Part shown: piece by piece, positions 1 to 9,458 of the stretch | Layout of the letters: each line of letters begins with the position of its first letter | How positions within the stretch are numbered: the stretch's first letter is position 1 | Assembly: GCA_016198755.1 (NCBI GenBank) | Contig: JACQIB010000001.1 | Location: forward strand, 1-32,000 | From: Candidatus Aenigmatarchaeota archaeon | GTDB taxonomy: Archaea; Aenigmatarchaeota; Aenigmatarchaeia; Aenigmatarchaeales; JACQIB01 | Direction: 5' to 3' | DNA length: 32,000 nt | Translations under genes and position numbers: made by a program | The notes under the pieces: generated by a model | What the model saw: only the letters and a program-made list of their open reading frames with translations | Databases searched by the model: none | What the model was told of the DNA's origin: nothing

Positions 1-72
1 GCAGCCGCAACCACAACTACAGCAGCTGTAACAACTACAACTGCAGCCGCAACAACAACTACAGCAAGATAA
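1..72 (+). CDS. 3' end of a truncated CDS with a Thr/Ala-rich tail (AAATTTTAAVTTTTAAATTTTAR*)
   Basis: Frame 1 is open from the window edge to TAA at 70-72. The Thr-run composition matches the linker of the 21413-22573 lipoprotein. A hairpin plus T-tract follows. Confidence 0.45.
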   Translation, partial: AAATTTTAAVTTTTAAATTTTAR

Positions 73-83
73 ACACAAAATTT

Positions 84-117
84 ATTGGGGCGGTTTCGCC
101 CCAATTTTCTCTTTTTT
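84..117 (+). terminator. Hairpin (attGGGGCGgtttCGCCCCaat) followed by a T-rich tract (ttttctctttttt)
   Basis: A perfect GC-rich 6-bp core stem with flanking A:T pairs lies 12 nt after the stop codon. It is followed by an oligo-T run, which is the archaeal termination signal. Confidence 0.5.
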
Positions 118-154
118 AACATGAATGCGCAAACGTATCCAGATTTCAGTAGGA

Positions 155-162
155 TTTAAATA
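155..162 (+). promoter_or_regulatory. TATA box TTTAAATA
   Basis: The octamer TTTAAATA ends 30 nt upstream of the ATG at 192, which implies a leaderless or near-leaderless mRNA. The same octamer recurs at 12424, 12441 and 27303. Confidence 0.45.
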
Positions 163-191
163 GCTTTGCAAACAAAGGGATTTGGTTGAAT

Positions 192-818
192 ATGAACTAT
201 AAAATTTTAGCTTTGGTTGTACTTGCTATATTGGTAGCAGGCTGTGTAATCCAGCCTCCAACAGGGGCTGTAACAAAGCCATTTGAGTATGATTTTGCAG
301 GCAAAACTTTCCATTTCCGCGGTAATCTTTTCGAGGCAGAGAAAATTCAGGTAGAGCCAAATGACAGGGCTTTAATAAATGCCCTCTTAGACCCGAATGC
401 ACAGTCTATATCATTTTATTTTATCCCAAACAGCACTGAAAACGGTTTTTATCAGGTTGCAGCTTATGAACTCTCTTACAAGCTAACAATAATAAACCAA
501 TATTATCTCGGAAAAACAATTCCAATACACACTTTCTATCTTGATAGCGCTGATGAGACAATACCAAATGGTCCAACCCAGCCTGCAATAGCTTTTGTAG
601 GCCCTTCAAATGCTGAAAAAACTTCTGTAAGAGTAAACAATAATCTTGTTGTTTTGGAGGGCGTGGATTTTTCAGAGAACGGAAGACAGTATACTGATCT
701 TGATTTGGCTGTTGCTAAAATGCTCCTTGTTCTAATGAAGGCAGAGCAAACACTTAGCCAGAATTCAACTGATACAACTAGCACTTCACAAACCCTTCCA
801 ACTCTCCCAGCGTCTTAA
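192..818 (+). CDS. Secreted lipobox protein, function unknown
   Basis: The ORF opens at TTG 186 and the first ATG is at 192. The N-terminus KILALVVLAILVAGC is a signal peptide with a lipobox-like AGC. The C-terminal tail is Ser/Thr/Pro-rich. I recognise no catalytic motif. Confidence 0.6.
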   Translation: MNYKILALVVLAILVAGCVIQPPTGAVTKPFEYDFAGKTFHFRGNLFEAEKIQVEPNDRALINALLDPNAQSISFYFIPNSTENGFYQVAAYELSYKLTIINQYYLGKTIPIHTFYLDSADETIPNGPTQPAIAFVGPSNAEKTSVRVNNNLVVLEGVDFSENGRQYTDLDLAVAKMLLVLMKAEQTLSQNSTDTTSTSQTLPTLPAS

Positions 819-1431
819 CTCCAGTTAAAATATCCTTTTCGTTCACAAGAATAGAGGGCGTTGATTTAATCCCATAAGTGTCTTTTATTTGGTTTACTGA
901 AACTATATCCAGATCTGTTGGCAACGGTATAAGCATTATTTTATTTCCGCACTTGTTCTTTAACTCTGATAAAACCGTGCTCTGCAGCCTCTGGTCCACA
1001 GCAGAGCTTTCATTATACTGAGAATAAAAATATACAACAGTGCTGTATGTTGCATTGCATGCCCTTTTCAGCTGCACAGAATTAAGCCAAAATTGCATTT
1101 GTAACAGTGCATACCTTCTTTTTTCCTCCAAAAGCTGCGGTGTAAATTTGTTTACAGATTCAAACCTCTCTATTTCCAAACCCTGTTTATAGACTTTATC
1201 AGAAAACTGCAAATTTCCCCCAATAAGGCTGTTGCATGAGTCATCTCCAGCCAAAGCAGTCTGGAAAAAAAGATTTTGCAAGCGTGCATCATTCCATTCT
1301 ATATCTATGCCAGTTATTTTTCCCCTTGTCTCCTCCAGCCTCTGGTCATCTATCCAAATCCCTACAAACAAGCCAGCCACAAAAACAGCTACAGATATTA
1401 TAGCAGTAAGGTAAAACACAGACTTGTCCAC
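778..1431 (-). CDS. N-terminally membrane-anchored protein with a possible thioredoxin-like C-terminal fold lacking CxxC
   Basis: 217-aa ORF with a GTG start immediately after the TAA of the upstream GT2 gene (1432-1434). There is one N-terminal TM helix (VFYLTAIISVAVFVAGLFVGIWI). The C-terminal pattern ...STPSILVNEKDILTG... resembles glutaredoxin/thioredoxin-fold proteins; this is weak. Confidence 0.5.
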   Translation of the reverse strand: MDKSVFYLTAIISVAVFVAGLFVGIWIDDQRLEETRGKITGIDIEWNDARLQNLFFQTALAGDDSCNSLIGGNLQFSDKVYKQGLEIERFESVNKFTPQLLEEKRRYALLQMQFWLNSVQLKRACNATYSTVVYFYSQYNESSAVDQRLQSTVLSELKNKCGNKIMLIPLPTDLDIVSVNQIKDTYGIKSTPSILVNEKDILTGVKTLGELEGFVKC

Positions 1432-2673
1432 TTACCACCAGCCTCCCTTCCCACGCACATACTTGATTGTTGAAAAAACAAGATTGAACGGGAACAGTGT
1501 TATGTATACAGTCAAATACAGAGCCAAGTCTATCAATCCTTTCCATCCTCCCAATCCCCTCTTAACAACCCCCAAACTTATCTTTATCCATATCAGTGAG
1601 AGGGCAAATGTAAGGAACCCGAAAATGCTGAAAATGTTAGGAAGGAAAAAGAAGCTTGTATCCCAGTATGGGCTAATGCCTTTTGAAACAGCAAACAAAT
1701 TAACTATTATATTATTGTAAACCCCGTTCAGGAAAACATAAGCATAAACACCAGCTCCTATAATAGAGAAAATATATGATAAAACAAAGAACGGGTAAAT
1801 GAAAGATCCAAGGCTCCCATACTTTGTGCTAAACCCAACAGATTTGTATTTTATTGAGGTTTGTATACCGCCCAAATTCCACCTGACTCTCTGTTTCCAC
1901 CACTTTCCAAAACTTGTTGGAGCACTGCTTTCAACCTCAGATCCAAGGCTCATTTTTATCTTATACCCAGCTTTCAAAATCCTCCAGGCTATTTCTATAT
2001 CCTCTGTGAAGTTTTTCTCATCAAACCCGCCAATTTCTTTCAGAACACTTGCTTTGTAAAGGCTTAGTGGTCCTGGAGTAACATAAACTCCATCCACAAG
2101 CTCCAAAAGCTTCCTTGCCCAGACAATCATCATATACTCTATAGCTTGCAGCCTTTCTATCAGTTTCTTTGGTTCCCTGACAAAGACAGATGAGGTTACT
2201 GCAGCAACTCCAGGATACCTGAAATACTGTACAGCCTTTATCAGTGCATCAGGCTTTGGATAAGAATCTGCATCCACACACCCCACAATCTCCCCTTTAG
2301 CTGCTCTAATGCCCTGATTAAGTGGTATAGCTTTCCTACCCCCGTTCACTGTCCTTTTAATCAGGTTTATTCCTGTAAATTTTCCAGCTATCTCCGCTGT
2401 TTTATCTTTCGAACCATCATCCACAACAATAATTTCCAACTTTCCCTTTGGATACTGCAAATTCTTAACAGCTTCTATTGTTCCCCCAATAGATTTTTCC
2501 TCATTGTAAGCAGGTATTATAAGGCTTACAGATGGAAGCAGGCTAAAATCCCCTATTTCATTCCTGAAACTTCCCCTTTGTTTTATATACAGTACAAAGA
2601 ACAGAAAGCCGAAAAATATGCTTAAAGCTGAGAAAACAAGGTATGTTATATCTATAACAGGGTTCAGTACCAT
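1432..2673 (-). CDS. Membrane-integrated processive family-2 glycosyltransferase (NodC/IcaA/cellulose-synthase-like)
   Basis: GT2 motifs are present: PAYNEE, VVDDGSKDKT, DADS and the processive-type Q-R-V-R-W (QRVRWNLG). An N-terminal TM helix and several C-terminal TM helices flank them. Confidence 0.85.
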   Translation of the reverse strand: MVLNPVIDITYLVFSALSIFFGFLFFVLYIKQRGSFRNEIGDFSLLPSVSLIIPAYNEEKSIGGTIEAVKNLQYPKGKLEIIVVDDGSKDKTAEIAGKFTGINLIKRTVNGGRKAIPLNQGIRAAKGEIVGCVDADSYPKPDALIKAVQYFRYPGVAAVTSSVFVREPKKLIERLQAIEYMMIVWARKLLELVDGVYVTPGPLSLYKASVLKEIGGFDEKNFTEDIEIAWRILKAGYKIKMSLGSEVESSAPTSFGKWWKQRVRWNLGGIQTSIKYKSVGFSTKYGSLGSFIYPFFVLSYIFSIIGAGVYAYVFLNGVYNNIIVNLFAVSKGISPYWDTSFFFLPNIFSIFGFLTFALSLIWIKISLGVVKRGLGGWKGLIDLALYLTVYITLFPFNLVFSTIKYVRGKGGWW

Positions 2674-2703
2674 TCCAATCTCCCCATAGTTTACCCCCTG
2701 CTT

Positions 2704-3852
2704 TTAAATACCTTTTGACTCTGCGGCTTTCATTATCTCTCTAAGAACAACAGTTGCATAGCTGCCTGCTGGCAGCTCAAACTTTATTTTTACCTTTGAT
2801 TTATCTTTGTTCATCTCATCCTCCCCAATAACCCATTCAATCCTGGGTTTTATCAAAATAGCCCTCTCAAACCCTGTGCAGCGCAGCTCTGAAATACCCC
2901 TCGGGGCAAAACTCTCTGCTTTCAGCCCAAGTCCTTTCAACTGCTTTGCTATCTCCTCTTCCAGAGGGTTTGTTGTATCCAAATCAGTTCCATATCCAGG
3001 TAGCGAAGCTTTTCCTTCAATTAAAACCCCTTTTTTCCAGCACTTTTCCAGAGATCTGTTCCAAATAATGCTCTGCACAGCATTTATAAGCATTTTCAAA
3101 ACTCTGAAAGGCAGTCTTCTCAAACAGCCAACAAAATCCTTCGGGTGCTGTGCCAAATAATCTAGCATACTCCTTTCGTAAACAAACTCAGGCGGAAACA
3201 TTCCAAGAGCTTCCCTGTAAGCTTCCTGCTTTCCCCAGTTTTTCCAGACCCAGTCCCTTGCTTTTTTTGCCTCTTCCATTTCCCCATCGAAAACCTTTGC
3301 AATATACATTTTTGCAGCCTGCTCAAACTTCCCTTTAAGTATTGCGAGCCCAGCTTCAGCAGTTACAGCGCGCACTGTACCGAAACGTTGCTCCCCGAAA
3401 ACATTAGGTATACCCATATCCAGTTCTCTTGCAACAACTCTCAGTCTGCTTTCAATCTCCTTTTCTCTCAGCCCTATTTCCCTTATTGTAATCTCAAACT
3501 TGTTTCCTTTCAGGTTTCCAAGCCTTATCCTTCCCCCCTCTTCAATCCCCCATATCCTTATTCCAGGAACTTCTATTTTTTCAACCTGTTCTTTAGAAAT
3601 CCCAAAAACAGAAATTCTTTGTTTTGTTACAGCTCTTTTATCTTTTGTTCCGGCAACTCCAATCCTGCTTGCAGAACAATGGAGAGCTTTTGCTATAGCT
3701 CTCAGGGCTAGGTTATTATCCCAGTTTCTCTTCTCTATCCAGAACTGAATATTCCCCTCCCCCTGAACTTCCTTAGGTATTTCTTCCACTACAAAATCCT
3801 CTACCAGTTCCCTTATCCTCCCCCCAACCCCCTCCCCCATCGTAAAGAACAT
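2704..3852 (-). CDS. truD: tRNA pseudouridine synthase D (TruD/Pus7 family)
   Basis: GTKDKRAVTKQ catalytic-Asp motif, NVFGEQRFG motif, and 382 aa, which is typical of archaeal TruD. Confidence 0.85.
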   Translation of the reverse strand: MFFTMGEGVGGRIRELVEDFVVEEIPKEVQGEGNIQFWIEKRNWDNNLALRAIAKALHCSASRIGVAGTKDKRAVTKQRISVFGISKEQVEKIEVPGIRIWGIEEGGRIRLGNLKGNKFEITIREIGLREKEIESRLRVVARELDMGIPNVFGEQRFGTVRAVTAEAGLAILKGKFEQAAKMYIAKVFDGEMEEAKKARDWVWKNWGKQEAYREALGMFPPEFVYERSMLDYLAQHPKDFVGCLRRLPFRVLKMLINAVQSIIWNRSLEKCWKKGVLIEGKASLPGYGTDLDTTNPLEEEIAKQLKGLGLKAESFAPRGISELRCTGFERAILIKPRIEWVIGEDEMNKDKSKVKIKFELPAGSYATVVLREIMKAAESKGI

Positions 3853-3883
3853 GGGAAGGTTTGATTAGCAGAAGATATAAGTA

Positions 3884-6800
3884 TTAGTTTAGAACAGTGT
3901 TTCTTACTTTTTGAGAATCATTTACAAGATCGTTCCTTGCTTTGTCTACAAATTCCTTTATTTCATCTAGTTTTTTCTTGAAGTTATCATAATCTACTCT
4001 ATTTTTCCCACCCTTTAACAAGTTTGAAAACCCGCCCACCAACCCATCAGTTCTGCCTCTTAAAAACTCTTCCATATTTTCCAAGTTCCCCCCATATTTA
4101 CTCCACATATCAAGTATTTGCTGCTGCGCATCCAAACTGTCCCCAAGCTCGCTTTCCCTCTGCTTCAAATAACGTTTTACCTCCTCCGGTGCATCAGGTG
4201 CAGCAGCAAGTTTTCTTAGCTCATTTACAGTTCTCAGTGCCTCCCCTGCATCATTAGCTTTCACAATAAGCCTGTCAAAATCTTCCATTAGCGTTGGATG
4301 TTCTTCCATAAATTTCTGTACTCTAGTTCCATCAGAAAATACACTTATTCCCCATCCAAAGGTTTCAAAAGCTGCATACCACCCCATAGAAACTCCAAAT
4401 GCCTTTAAACCAGCCGGATTAATTTTCCCTCCAGGAAGCTTTATTTTTCCATACTTTTCTATCCGGTTTTTATATATTCTATGTACAGCAACATCCTTTC
4501 CTATATCCAATGATGTCTCTCTGGCAAAATCTCCGGCAGCTTCACCCAAATTTTTCCTACCACTGTTATAGTCTTCAAGAGCTTTATTATAGCTACCAAG
4601 TATGTCAACTCCAGGCAAGACGGCTTTGTTCAGAACCAGTTTTGCAATGGTTCCAATACTCAAATGTTCAGTCATTTTTTCTACTGTCCAATCAGCACCT
4701 TTCTTAACAATCTTCTTCCCAAGTTCGTTATCTACATTTTTATTGGTGCCCTCTTTGTATGGCATCTTTTGCCCAAAGAAGTCATTCGTCAAACCTTGCT
4801 CAACATCTCTACGATTTATCTTTAATACATCAGATATAATATGGTTTATCCAATTAGAGAGCAACCTGGTGGTATCCAACAAAATGTTGCCCGTTACAAA
4901 TGCTTTCTCGGGCCTCGGATCCACGTAATCCCTTTCCAGTGTTAGTGTCCCATCAGAAAACTCCCTTAGCTCAAGATTAACATCACCATAATTTCCTCTA
5001 TATATTTTTACTGTTCCATGATCAGGTAGCCCCCACATAGTAGGCTGGAAGTCAACGACCTTGAAAATATCCCTTCCTACAACAATTGGCTTGCTGTATG
5101 GCAGAGTTGGAATAAGGTTTGCCAATTTTTCTGTGTTTGCACTAGCAAGGCTTTGCATTGCAGTCTGGTCTGCAACATTGTAGAAGCTCTCTTCTCCAGC
5201 ATCGTTTTTTTGCAGTCTGTAAACATTTCCATTATAAACAATATTCTTCGATTCCCCCCGTTTCATTCCTCTAAATTCTTTGGAAAGAATATCTCCGAGA
5301 CCTCCGCTGAAAGTAGTAATTCCAGACTTAACAGTTGAGCCTATAACAGCATTTTTCATTTCCGTTTCTCTAATCATTTGCAGCTCTTTTTTAATCCTTT
5401 CTTCATTTTCCTGTGCAAATTTATTTGCATAGTTATCCCCGTACTTTTGTTTTATATTGAAGTAATATCCGCCAGGCAGCCACTCAGAAATATACCTTAC
5501 AGAGCTTACATTTCCAAACCCAGCTAGATACCTGCCTGCAACATTCCTCCTTATAGCATTGTTATCCGCACTTGGTGTTATTGAATCTTTTTCAGTTGGA
5601 AATATCTGCACAACTCTTTGTTTAAGTTCAGATAGCTTTGTTTCGAATCCTCTTATTGTCTGTTTTGTAAAAGCAACAGCCGTTCCAATTACGAGAAGGC
5701 CAATTAACGAAACAGCAAGCGCAGTTTCTGTATTATTATCATCATTTTCTCCCCGTCCACCATTTCCGGTTTCAATAGAGAATGGATATGATATATTTGA
5801 TGTATTATCTTCCGAAGATTTAATTAAAACAATAGGAACTTTTATTGTAGCGCGTAATGCATAATCCTTTCCAATAACTTCATTTCTAACTGAAACATCT
5901 CCACCAGCGCTTCCTGAAATAAATGTTTCTGATTGTTTTTCAGTATATCTCAATTCACCAATCTGATTAGAATCATGTACATCCATACAAACCCAGAACC
6001 TATTACCAACAGCAACAGGATATTTTAGTTTGAAAATTCTTTCATCCCCATTTGCTATTGTTGCATTTACAAAACTATCATAATAAAGCAGTGTTCCCAT
6101 CCTATATGCATTATCTGCATACACAAACAGGTTTGTCTGTCGCATAGTTTCCGGAGTAAAGCCAAGAGTACTAACTTCTGTTAATTCTGCTTTTTTTTCA
6201 TTTGTTTCGAATGCTTTACAAAGTTCAATATATCTGTTATCAGGTATAACTCTATTAAGTTTAGAACTGCTGTCAGAATTTTCTGTCTGAAGCTTGATAT
6301 TTTCATAAACAATGTCTTTATTCGGAATAACTTTAATTTCCGAACTATAGACTGCAACTCTTGCATCTATTGCAAAGCTGCCTTGCACATCATTATCAGT
6401 TTTTGTTTGTCCGCCTTCAGGATAGTAATACACACTACTAGAACCACCATTTCTATAGTATGCAAAATATGTTTCTTCTTTGGAGTCTGGTGCACTTAAG
6501 CAGACCCAGAAGTTTCCAGCCACAGGAACTGGAGTTTTAAAGTTAACAATTTCCCCATGTAGATCACCAGTTATAGAATAATTTGAATAGTCTGTACCAA
6601 TAACATTTCCAGGAACTCCACCATTATCAAGCCTAACTGTCCCTTTCAATATTTTGCTGTTAATATCTCCTCCATTAAAACCAGCAGCCCTTATCTGTGT
6701 AACAGCGGCATTTTTATCATTAATACCAACAATATTGCACAGTTCTACTCCGTTTTTAAGTGTACTGCTTGTTTTTTCATCAATATATCCCCAGAATTCC

Positions 6801-8575
6801 CTCAGATTCTTTTCCTTTATAATAGTCCCAGTGAAATTCAGGCTTTCATGAGGTACAGGAATACCCCCAAACCTTGCAAAAATAGCAGTATTGACAGGAT
6901 TTATATATTCATATAATAGTCTTGTTACAGGATTGAAAAAATAATCTGGAAGCCCATTTGAAACTCCTATATTTGTGTCGCGCGTGTAGTATGGTGTGTT
7001 CGTACATATCCAAATTCTATTGTCAGCTAAAATAGGTTCAGGTAAAATAAATGACTCATTATGGTATGATCCTATTTCAATGTCCTTGAAAAGTCTTGAT
7101 AAAAGAATTCCGGGCTTGTTTTTGTTATCATCATAAATCTTTATCTGCACGGTTCTTTTTGCACTTCTCCCGTCAAAACCAGAAACAATAACTTCTTTTA
7201 GTTCAGCTCCATTAAACGGCGGATTCAAAGGTTTGCATAATTCTTTTGGAGCTGTTGTAACATAACCGCCCGAAGCAGAATAACTGCTACTATTAGGCAA
7301 AATCACTTCAGTGTATCCAACAGGCTTATAATCAGCAACAGCAGCAGGATTTGTAATAACATCTGTCCTTATTGCATACTTTCTGGTATAGTGTGCACGG
7401 GTTAAACTCTCGTCTCTATGATTATAATAGTAAGCAAATTCTCCACTTTCGCTAAATGCGAGAAATCCCTGATTTGCATTCTCCACACCGTTGCCCAAGC
7501 AAGCCCAGAACTTCTCAGGCAAATCTACTCTATTCAGTATTATTGTTTCTTCATGAACACCATTTGTTGAAATATATTTTGTCCCTTTTGCAAGCAGAGT
7601 TCCAATTTTCCCAGAGTTATCAGAATAAACTGCGGCACTTATTTTAGATGTTCCTTGATTAAAACCAACACCAGTTACGCCATAAAGCTTGGAATTTGGA
7701 GCTGCGTTTGTAAAAAGTTTGCATACTTCCATGTCAGTAGTACTGGGAATTATGTTATCTGTCAGCATATTAGGAACAATTTCAACATTATCTGTTTTGA
7801 GTGATGTTCTATAACCATCCTTATTATTGTCAGCTGTAATAAAATCATATTCACAAAAATTATCAACCGGATTAAATGTTGGTTTTATACAGTTGTACCC
7901 GCCTCCGCAATCGCTGTCAACACCGCAGTTCAGAACCATGTAAGGTTTTGTTTTTCCGGTGTTTGTATCATTGTATTTTGGAGTAAAACTAGCCCAGCCA
8001 TGTGCAAACCATTGATGTCCACCTACATTTTGTAATGACATATCAAAATAACCAAAAATCGGGGGAGTTCTTATTTCAGCTTGAGGATTACTGTACGTTT
8101 TTTCCACAAAACTATTCTCTGTCTCAGATCTGCAAAACCCTTGTGAAAGCATTCTTGTATTTGTTGTGTTATCAACACAACCATAAGAAAATCCATTATT
8201 CCAGTTCTCATCAAATGCTATTATATCAAAACTAGAAACATGGAAAGATTGGCCAAGTATATTTGTAGCACCATTTACAGTTGCAGTAAACCATGTAGTA
8301 AAGTTTTCGCCAGTAAGCAGGTAAGCTTCTACAGTACCATCACCATCCACATCTGCGTAATGCCAGTCATTTGCACAACTAATTCCCAGCCCAGAAGAGA
8401 AAGGATCATAATCAGTTGGAGCCTGTTTTGTTCCCTCAGAAGGAGTCCAATACATGGAATTATGCGATTCCCCATTGTTATAGAAATCAATGCATATTGG
8501 CTTTACTGCTGCAGCTGGTAGAGCTAGAAAAAGGGAAGTCAATATTAAACCCAGCAAAATATGGCGTGCGTACAT
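3884..8575 (-). CDS. 1563-aa type-I membrane surface protein: signal peptide, about 925-aa ectodomain with four tandem repeats, one TM helix, about 590-aa cytoplasmic domain
   Basis: Uninterrupted 4.7-kb ORF. The N-terminal signal is HILLGLILTSLFLALPAAA. The TM segment ALAVSLIGLLVIGTAVAF (aa 952-969, nt 5669-5722) is followed by TKQTIRGFETK. I recognise no known catalytic motif. Confidence 0.8.
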   Translation of the reverse strand: MYARHILLGLILTSLFLALPAAAVKPICIDFYNNGESHNSMYWTPSEGTKQAPTDYDPFSSGLGISCANDWHYADVDGDGTVEAYLLTGENFTTWFTATVNGATNILGQSFHVSSFDIIAFDENWNNGFSYGCVDNTTNTRMLSQGFCRSETENSFVEKTYSNPQAEIRTPPIFGYFDMSLQNVGGHQWFAHGWASFTPKYNDTNTGKTKPYMVLNCGVDSDCGGGYNCIKPTFNPVDNFCEYDFITADNNKDGYRTSLKTDNVEIVPNMLTDNIIPSTTDMEVCKLFTNAAPNSKLYGVTGVGFNQGTSKISAAVYSDNSGKIGTLLAKGTKYISTNGVHEETIILNRVDLPEKFWACLGNGVENANQGFLAFSESGEFAYYYNHRDESLTRAHYTRKYAIRTDVITNPAAVADYKPVGYTEVILPNSSSYSASGGYVTTAPKELCKPLNPPFNGAELKEVIVSGFDGRSAKRTVQIKIYDDNKNKPGILLSRLFKDIEIGSYHNESFILPEPILADNRIWICTNTPYYTRDTNIGVSNGLPDYFFNPVTRLLYEYINPVNTAIFARFGGIPVPHESLNFTGTIIKEKNLREFWGYIDEKTSSTLKNGVELCNIVGINDKNAAVTQIRAAGFNGGDINSKILKGTVRLDNGGVPGNVIGTDYSNYSITGDLHGEIVNFKTPVPVAGNFWVCLSAPDSKEETYFAYYRNGGSSSVYYYPEGGQTKTDNDVQGSFAIDARVAVYSSEIKVIPNKDIVYENIKLQTENSDSSSKLNRVIPDNRYIELCKAFETNEKKAELTEVSTLGFTPETMRQTNLFVYADNAYRMGTLLYYDSFVNATIANGDERIFKLKYPVAVGNRFWVCMDVHDSNQIGELRYTEKQSETFISGSAGGDVSVRNEVIGKDYALRATIKVPIVLIKSSEDNTSNISYPFSIETGNGGRGENDDNNTETALAVSLIGLLVIGTAVAFTKQTIRGFETKLSELKQRVVQIFPTEKDSITPSADNNAIRRNVAGRYLAGFGNVSSVRYISEWLPGGYYFNIKQKYGDNYANKFAQENEERIKKELQMIRETEMKNAVIGSTVKSGITTFSGGLGDILSKEFRGMKRGESKNIVYNGNVYRLQKNDAGEESFYNVADQTAMQSLASANTEKLANLIPTLPYSKPIVVGRDIFKVVDFQPTMWGLPDHGTVKIYRGNYGDVNLELREFSDGTLTLERDYVDPRPEKAFVTGNILLDTTRLLSNWINHIISDVLKINRRDVEQGLTNDFFGQKMPYKEGTNKNVDNELGKKIVKKGADWTVEKMTEHLSIGTIAKLVLNKAVLPGVDILGSYNKALEDYNSGRKNLGEAAGDFARETSLDIGKDVAVHRIYKNRIEKYGKIKLPGGKINPAGLKAFGVSMGWYAAFETFGWGISVFSDGTRVQKFMEEHPTLMEDFDRLIVKANDAGEALRTVNELRKLAAAPDAPEEVKRYLKQRESELGDSLDAQQQILDMWSKYGGNLENMEEFLRGRTDGLVGGFSNLLKGGKNRVDYDNFKKKLDEIKEFVDKARNDLVNDSQKVRNTVLN
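5831..7729 (-). repeat. Four tandem, divergent protein-domain repeats of about 130-165 aa inside the giant ORF
   Basis: Each unit starts E-[LV]-C-[KN] and has [FI]-W-[AIV]-C 74-79 residues later (Cys pairs 285/359, 447/524, 613/692, 786/863). Tyr-rich and [YF]A[IL]R/FAR/FAID motifs then recur. Units are approximately nt 7346-7729, 6851-7243, 6341-6745 and 5831-6226. Confidence 0.75.
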
Positions 8576-8627
8576 ACGATAGTATAGTAGAATAAGAATA
8601 AAAACTCTCCTTTTCCCTATACGATAA

Positions 8628-9449
8628 TTACAAACTGACAGTCAGAATATCTCTAACACCAAGGGCAAGGCCTAAAATAAAGATAACAATTTTCAGGAAA
8701 TCTCTAAACTTCTCCTCACCTGGCTTTGTGTATTTGTCTAACAGGTACAGAACCAGTCCAATAACAACCAGCTTTATCGGGAACATCATCCATGGCATAT
8801 CTGGCAGCTGGACTATAGGAACAGAACAGTACCTGCCAGTCAAAAGCCCTGTGAGTGGGTGTTGTTCACAGTATGTTTTGAAGAAACTGAGAACAGTAAA
8901 AGTTGCTGAAGCATCTACCATATGGGCGCTCATAATACCCCAGTTTACTTTGCTCAGCAGCTTTGGTTTTAACAGGCTGAAAGCCCAGAGAACAAGTGCC
9001 CAGAATAGAACCAACCCCAAACCAAAAGCAAACACTGGCAGGTTTGTTATTTTTGTAAGCAACAAATTGTAAATCAGTGGAATTAATCCCAATCCAAACA
9101 AAACTTTCCAGTAAGGTATTTTGAACTTTCTTTCTATCACCACAGCCAAAAGCAAAGAGCCTAGGGCAAGTGCAAAAATAAAAAAGTAAATTGGAGGGGA
9201 GCAGAACAATTGACCAGTATACAGCCCATGGTCGCGAAGAGCGCGAGTCCAGCCCCCGTAAATAATAAAGGGAATAAGCCCGATAAACAGGTATTTGTTA
9301 ACTTCTATTTTCAGTTTTCCCAACAGTTTATAAACTCCCCAGACTGCTATTGCAAGCAAAAGTCCATAAGTCAGGCTTCCAATAGGAGTATAATAACTGC
9401 AGAGAGGTCCAAGATAATAGGTTTGAATGAACTCTTCTATTCCCACCAT
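8628..9449 (-). CDS. Polytopic membrane protein, DUF63-like (archaeal)
   Basis: 273 aa with about 7 TM helices. The N-terminal pattern EEFIQTYYLGPL...YTPIGSLTYGLLLAIAVWGVYKLL resembles archaeal DUF63 proteins as I remember them. Confidence 0.55.
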   Translation of the reverse strand: MVGIEEFIQTYYLGPLCSYYTPIGSLTYGLLLAIAVWGVYKLLGKLKIEVNKYLFIGLIPFIIYGGWTRALRDHGLYTGQLFCSPPIYFFIFALALGSLLLAVVIERKFKIPYWKVLFGLGLIPLIYNLLLTKITNLPVFAFGLGLVLFWALVLWAFSLLKPKLLSKVNWGIMSAHMVDASATFTVLSFFKTYCEQHPLTGLLTGRYCSVPIVQLPDMPWMMFPIKLVVIGLVLYLLDKYTKPGEEKFRDFLKIVIFILGLALGVRDILTVSL

Positions 9450-9458
9450 TTTCTAACC

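Noticed and set aside
2807-3160. 117-aa ORF antisense to truD, and similar antisense ORFs at 10713-10988 and 11157-11540
   Set aside because: They are shadow ORFs opposite strongly supported genes (TruD, CarS, PssA), and none has a recognisable motif.
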